From the NCBI GenBank assembly GCA_964016885.1, contig OZ024749.1, positions 18,414,001-18,478,000 on the forward strand: a stretch of 64,000 nt of DNA. The letters are read 5' to 3'. Below, piece by piece: positions 57,436 to 64,000 of the stretch (the first letter of the stretch is position 1; each line of letters begins with the position of its first letter). The position numbers and the translations under genes were made by a program. The stretch is from Eledone cirrhosa (taxonomy: Eukaryota). The notes beneath the pieces were generated by a model. The model did not search any database. It was given only the letters and a program-made list of their open reading frames with translations, and was not told the origin of the DNA.

Positions 57436-57478
57436 GTAATCTACGCGTTTCATTCTTGTTAGAAATCTTCAGGACTAC
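57436..57478 (-). ncRNA. Minimal type I hammerhead ribozyme (element C; further minus-strand copies at 57746-57788, 58056-58098, 58366-58408, 58676-58718)
   Basis: Reverse complement reads gtagtc-ctgaaga-tttct-aaca-agaat-gaaa-cgcg-ta-gattac. Confidence 0.9.
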
Positions 57479-59031
57479 ATATCCAGTGCTTTTATCGAGA
57501 ATGACACAGCTAGAGACTTATAGAATACTTAGCTGTGTACAGGAACTGGTTTGAAAGAGCGGTTGCCGGTCCGGCAGAAATTAGAAATTGGAATAAATGC
57601 TCTGAAATAGCGATATATATGTGAATATAGACATAGAATATTCGAAAATATTCTGTATGTTTATAATAAACATTTTGAAAACCTAATCGCTATAGAATAG
57701 AATACGTCACGTATTACAATTAGATTCTCGATAAAAGCAAGGGAAGTAATCTACGCGTTTCATTCTTGTTAGAAATCTTCAGGACTACATATCCAGTGCT
57801 TTTATCGAGAATGACACAGCTAGAGACTTATAGAATACTTAGCTGTGTACAGGAACTGGTTTGAAAGAGCGGTTGCCGGTCCGGCAGAAATTAGAAATTG
57901 GAATAAATGCTCTGAAATAGCGATATATATGTGAATATAGACATAGAATATTCGAAAATATTCTGTATGTTTATAATAAACATTTTGAAGACCTAATCGC
58001 TATAGAATAGAATACGTCACGTATTACAATTAGATTCTCGATAAAAGCAAGGGAAGTAATCTACGCGTTTCATTCTTGTTAGAAATCTTCAGGACTACAT
58101 ATCCAGTGCTTTTATCGAGAATGACACAGCTAGAGACTTATAGAATACTTAGCTGTGTACAGGAACTGGTTTGAAAGAGCGGTTGCCGGTCCGGCAGAAA
58201 TTAGAAATTGGAATAAATGCTCTGAAATAGCGATATATATGTGAATATAGACATAGAATATTCGAAAATATTCTGTATGTTTATAATAAACATTTTGAAG
58301 ACCTAATCGCTATAGAATAGAATACGTCACGTATTACAATTAGATTCTCGATAAAAGCAAGGGAAGTAATCTACGCGTTTCATTCTTGTTAGAAATCTTC
58401 AGGACTACATATCCAGTGCTTTTATCGAGAATGACACAGCTAGAGACTTATAGAATACTTAGCTGTGTACAGGAACTGGTTTGAAAGAGCGGTTGCCGGT
58501 CCGGCAGAAATTAGAAATTGGAATAAATGCTCTGAAATAGCGATATATATGTGAATATAGACATAGAATATTCGAAAATATTCTGTATGTTTATAATAAA
58601 CATTTTGAAGACCTAATCGCTATAGAATAGAATACGTCACGTATTACAATTAGATTCTCGATAAAAGCAAGGGAAGTAATCTACGCGTTTCATTCTTGTT
58701 AGAAATCTTCAGGACTACATATCCAGTGCTTTTATCTAGAATGACACAGCTAGAGACTTATAGAATACTTAGCTGTGTACAGGAACTGGTTTGAAAGAGC
58801 GGTTGCCGGTCCGGCAGAAATTAGAAATTGGAATAAATGCTCTGAAATAGCGATATATATGTGAATATAGACATAGAATATTCGAAAATATTCTGTATGT
58901 TTATAATAAGCATTTATTCCAATTTCTAATTTCTGCCGGACCGGCAACCGCTCTTTCAAACCAGTTCCTGTACACAGCTAAGTATTCTATAAGTCTCTAG
59001 CTGTGTCATTCTCGATAAAAGCACTGGATAT

Positions 59032-59074
59032 GTAGTCCTGAAGATTTCTAACAAGAATGAAACGCGTAGATTAC
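59032..59074 (+). ncRNA. Minimal type I hammerhead ribozyme (element C, plus-strand copy 1)
   Basis: Stem I gtagtc/gattac; core ctgaaga 59038-59044; stem II ttct/agaa (U-U at 10.1/11.1); gaaa 59059-59062; palindromic stem III acgcgt; GUA cleavage after 59068. Stem I is extended by a perfect 16-bp helix 59008-59023/59081-59096. Confidence 0.92.
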
Positions 59075-59341
59075 TTCCCTTGCTTTTATCGAGAATCTAA
59101 TTGTAATACGTGACGTATTCTATTCTATAGCGATTAGGTCTTCAAAATGTTTATTATAAACATACAGAATATTTTCGAATATTCTATGTCTATATTCACA
59201 TATATATCGCTATTTCAGAGCATTTATTCCAATTTCTAATTTCTGCCGGACCGGCAACCGCTCTTTCAAACCAGTTCCTGTACACAGCTAAGTATTCTAT
59301 AAGTCTCTAGCTGTGTCATTCTCGATAAAAGCACTGGATAT

Positions 59342-59384
59342 GTAGTCCTGAAGATTTCTAACAAGAATGAAACGCGTAGATTAC
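59342..59384 (+). ncRNA. Minimal type I hammerhead ribozyme (element C, plus-strand copy 2)
   Basis: Identical motif, +310 bp. Confidence 0.91.
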
Positions 59385-59537
59385 TTCCCTTGCTTTTATC
59401 GAGAATCTAATTGTAATACGTGACGTATTCTATTCTATAGCGATTAGGTCTTTAAAATGTTTATTATAAACATACAGAATATTTTCGAATATTCTATGTC
59501 TATATTCACATATATATCGCTATTTCAGAGCATTTAT

Positions 59538-60055
<518 letters not shown>

Positions 60056-60499
60056 ATTAAAAAAATAATGAATAAAACAAAGAAACAGTTCCTTATATTA
60101 AACAAAAAAAGTTCATTATTTTACGATCGTTTCTAGGACATATATGTGTTAGAATTGGTATACATATTCAAAAGATCTATGTACAAAATTATACAAACTA
60201 TCAAGGAGAATATACATACCATCACATATATATGCTGTCTTCAGAAATAATGATGTATATTTATTGATAATAACAACAATTCAAAATTACAGGTCTGTTT
60301 GGGAAGATTTTAAATAGACCAATGAAACACATAAAAATTCATCAAGAAAATACAGTTAGGTGTGTGTATATATGTAAGTAAATTCGTTCACAGATATGCA
60401 TATCAATGTATGTTCATATGCATACGCATGTTGAAAAAGTGTATGTAAATATAAAAAATTTAGGGCTAATGTATCTGTATGTTTACAATCTACAGACAA

Positions 60500-61100
60500 A
60501 AATATACATATATATATACATATATATATACATATATATATATACACACATATACACACATGCATACACACACACGCATATATACATAAACACACACATA
60601 CATACGAACACACATATACACACACACACATACGTATATATTATTATTATAACTATATGGATATTGAGGCGCTCACATAAACACGCCCACACACACTTAG
60701 ATTCAGATGCAGAAGTAAAGGAGGTAAGGGAGTAAGTAATTAAAGGAAGGTGTCAAACTCGACATATTTATAAAAATGTATCTATAAAGTTAGAAACAAA
60801 AAAAAAATTTTTATAGAAGGAAAAAACTTAAAAACGGGGGAACAAAAAATAAGGGGGGGGGGTACGTACATACACAGACGCGAATGTCTCACAAAAGAGA
60901 TATAAAAAAACATAAAAAAACATAAAAGAGAGACATAAAATATACATGCTTATATACATACGCACATTTACACATCCATACGTTCGATACATACATACGT
61001 ACACACACACACATACACATACTAAACCTCACACATATTAACCTGTTTGTATGCATATACATAAAAATAAGTAAAACATATACCCATACATATAAATACA

Positions 61101-61164
<64 letters not shown>

Positions 61165-61479
61165 CACACAACACACATATATACATATATATACACACAC
61201 TATATATATACACATACATACATACATATATATATATATACACACACATACATACACACATATATATATATATACATACACACACACATACCCATGTATA
61301 TATACACAACCACACACACACACACACTCAGACATACATATATATAGAGACATACATACACATATATATATATATATATATAAATACACACAGTCAGACA
61401 CATATGCACATATATACACATACATACACACATCTCTACAAATACATATACATACACATACATACACACACATATATAT

Positions 61480-61542
<63 letters not shown>

Positions 61543-61650
61543 CACTCATACACACATATTTACATGCGCACATATGTATTTTTATACTCACATACAAACA
61601 CACAAACATACATACACACTTACATACACATACATACATCCACGCTTACA
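60500..61650. repeat. Mixed (CA)n/(TA)n/(TACA)n low-complexity region
   Basis: Runs such as cacacacatacatatatata with some interspersed unique sequence; source of the YI/CV/HT-rich spurious ORFs. Confidence 0.92.
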
Positions 61651-61786
61651 AATACGAATAATTATTGGGGGGGGGGAGGGGGATTAAAATTATTAGTGGG
61701 AAATAGTAAATATATAGGTTTCAAGGAACATAGAATAATAATCTGTAGTTAAATCATAATATGTGTTTACATAGTTGTGTCAGTAT

Positions 61787-62810
61787 TAGGAAATGGTATT
61801 TGTAAGAAAGAAGGCTAAATTATGTATTTTAATATAAGTAGACTATTAATTATAGGTTAATTAAAGTAAAAATAGTTAATATATTAATTTCTAAGGTGTA
61901 TACTACTTAGGTTTATAATATTTAAAGCGGAATTTTGAAGTTAAACAGTAGTAGAGTATTAATTATAGCATAACTAAATTAAAAATAATTACATATATTA
62001 ACATGATGGTATCAATTTTAGGAAATGAATTTTGTAATAGGGAAAGCTAAATTAAGTATTTCATCGGTAGTAGAATATTAATTATAGGTTAACTAAATTA
62101 AAAATTATATATTAATTTCTATAGTATATGTTAATTAGGTTTATAATAATTAAAGCAAAATTTTGTATTTTATCTATAGTAGAATATAATAATAGGTTAA
62201 CTAAATAGGTTAACTAAATTAATATTAATTAGGTATATATTAATTAGGTATATATAGTAGAATATAGTAGAATGTAATAATAGGTTAACTAAATAGGTTA
62301 ACTAAATTAATATTAATTAGGTATATATTTATATGTTTTTCTCAGTTTATGATTACACGATATTCTGCAATCCATCTGTATTAGAATTTTAATTATAAGC
62401 TAACTAAATTAAAATTATAGGTTAACTAAATTAAAATTAATTTATAAATTAATTTCTAAATTGTATATTAATTAGGTTTATAATATTAAAAAGTATTTCT
62501 CCGTTATTAATTACATGATATTTTGTTGTATTTCATCTGTAAAAGAATTTTAATAAAAGGTTAAATAAACTAGAATTAATCTATATATTAATTTCCAAAT
62601 TATATATTAATTATGTTAATAATATTTAATTGTTTTTCACAGTTTATGATTATACGATATTTTTTAATTTCATCTATAGTAGAAATTTAATTAAATTAAA
62701 ATTATAGGCTAACTACATTAAAATTAATTTATATATTAATTTCTAAAATATATATTATTAATTAGGTTTATAATATTTAAATGTTTTTCTCAGTTTATGA
62801 TTACACGATA
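61787..62810 (-). repeat. Degenerate tandem reiterations of the PLE 3' terminus
   Basis: tttttctcagtttatgattacacgata-like motif at ~62335, ~62632 and ~62784; ttaggtttataata motif at ~61907, ~62135, ~62472 and ~62762; ~150-bp diverged direct repeat at 61787/62018. Confidence 0.7.
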
Positions 62811-64000
62811 TAATTAATTCCTGTCGCTTATTTAATAGGATATCCTTAGATTTCATTATTTCAAATAGTTCTTGGGAACACAATCTACATTCATTTCTAT
62901 TATTTTGATAAGGGGTGGCTCTTTTGAGCACACTCCAGGTCATATCATATTCTATATTCTTATTTCTATAACTATTAATTTTTTCTGCTAGAGATGTTGT
63001 ATTAGCCAGTGCGGCATTTTTAAAACTATGTTTGTGGGTATTAAACCTTACCTTAAAATTGTTAGAAGTAGCTCCTATATATGAGCAAATAGAATCTTTA
63101 GTTTTAATTTTACATTTATAAACTATGTTGTTAACAAGACAATTTCCTTTTAATGGGCAGTTTGCTTTGTTTCTACAGTTACAACCTTTCGTTAATTCTG
63201 TATTTGAGGAGATATTATAGTTAGTTTGATGTATTGGTGGTATACTTATGGTTTTTTACATTTATATGCATTATAGGCACTTATATTTTGTTTTATGTTT
63301 TTGGTTGTTGAGTATGAGAATTTAACTGTTGATCTATTTAAGATTTGATGGTATTTGTGGTTTGGCGGGAAGTTTTTCTCTAGGATATTAAAAAATTTTT
63401 TAGGTATATTATCCTTAGTTTGTATATTAAATGGAGCATTATACCAAGTAACTCGTCTATTACAGTTTCTATGTTGTTTATTGTTTTTATAGGATGCATC
63501 CTGATGTTTACTAGGAGGATTAATGTTAATGACCTCACCACACACATTTTTAGTTATATTTATTGATTTAGGTGTTTTAGCTTGTTTATTAGGAGTTTTA
63601 TTATTAACATTTATTAGAGTTATATGATGAGTAGTTTTTTGAGAGTTACTATACTTTATATTAGAGGAGTTAGAGAAATTTGGTTTTATGTTGGTATTTT
63701 GGGGTATAGTGTGAGTGGCATTTAGGTGTGTACTTTTCATTTGGTGTTTGTTGGTAATATTAGGTTGTATGTTTATAGTGTTATTAGTAGAAGGTATATA
63801 TTCCAATCTATTTTTGTGGCCACTTCTATCTAGAGCTTCGTTATAGAAGGTCGCATTTTTATCAAATACATCTTGGTTAGACGAAAGGTTAGAAATTCTA
63901 AGTGATATATTATATGCAAGGTTTTTAAGGATAGATTTAGGGTGATTAGATTGTGAGTGTATGTAGTGTAAGTTTTGGTTGGGTTTATGGTAAGGTTGGT
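62758..64000 (-). mobile_element. Penelope-like retroelement (Naiad-like): RT thumb, linker and GIY-YIG endonuclease; one frameshift; continues beyond the window
   Basis: From 63998: QPYHKPNQNLHYIHSQSNHPKSILKNL...RISNLSSNQDVF...YNEALDRSGHKNRLEY (PLE RT thumb), then RRVTWYNAPF...NFPPNHKYHQILNRSTVKFSYS. After a frameshift in the T6 run near 63252-63257: GCNCRNKANCPLKGNCLVNNIVYKC...SYIGATSNNFKVRFNTHKHSF...WSVLKRATPY...CRLC...LLNKRQELIISCNHK. Confidence 0.9.

Noticed and set aside
60200-60250. ctgaaga core on the minus strand
   Set aside because: No properly placed GAAA, stem III or stem I.
62758-64000. Selenocysteine recoding as reported for some Naiad PLEs
   Set aside because: The conserved cysteines I translated are TGT/TGC with no in-frame TGA; the ORF break near 63252 is a homopolymer frameshift (mutation or sequencing error).

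Overview
AT-rich eukaryotic (probably invertebrate) repetitive DNA with no intact cellular gene. Bases 1-50770 are a tandem satellite of about 97 monomers of ~522 bp, and the monomer consensus folds as a type I hammerhead ribozyme (HHR; CUGA[A/C]GA...GAAA core, palindromic stem III, long stem II capped by cUUCGg). The remaining ~13 kb is a (TA)n microsatellite field containing three more, mutually unrelated HHR-bearing non-coding repeat families (467-, ~571- and 310-bp monomers), plus fragments of two Penelope-like retroelements (PLEs): a Neptune-like GIY-YIG 3' fragment with a degenerate HHR, and a Naiad-like RT-thumb/GIY-YIG region. The three small families share one architecture: (TA)n - tandem monomers - inversion - tandem monomers - (TA)n, with both ribozyme-sense 3' ends pointing outward into the TA tract, often at ATAT microhomology and never at the cleavage site. 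My best reading (inference) is a nest of non-autonomous retrozyme-like elements copied from circular or multimeric RNA by PLE reverse transcriptase at TA-microsatellite targets, one of which has expanded into a >50-kb ribozyme satellite. All folds and alignments were done by eye; no searches were run.
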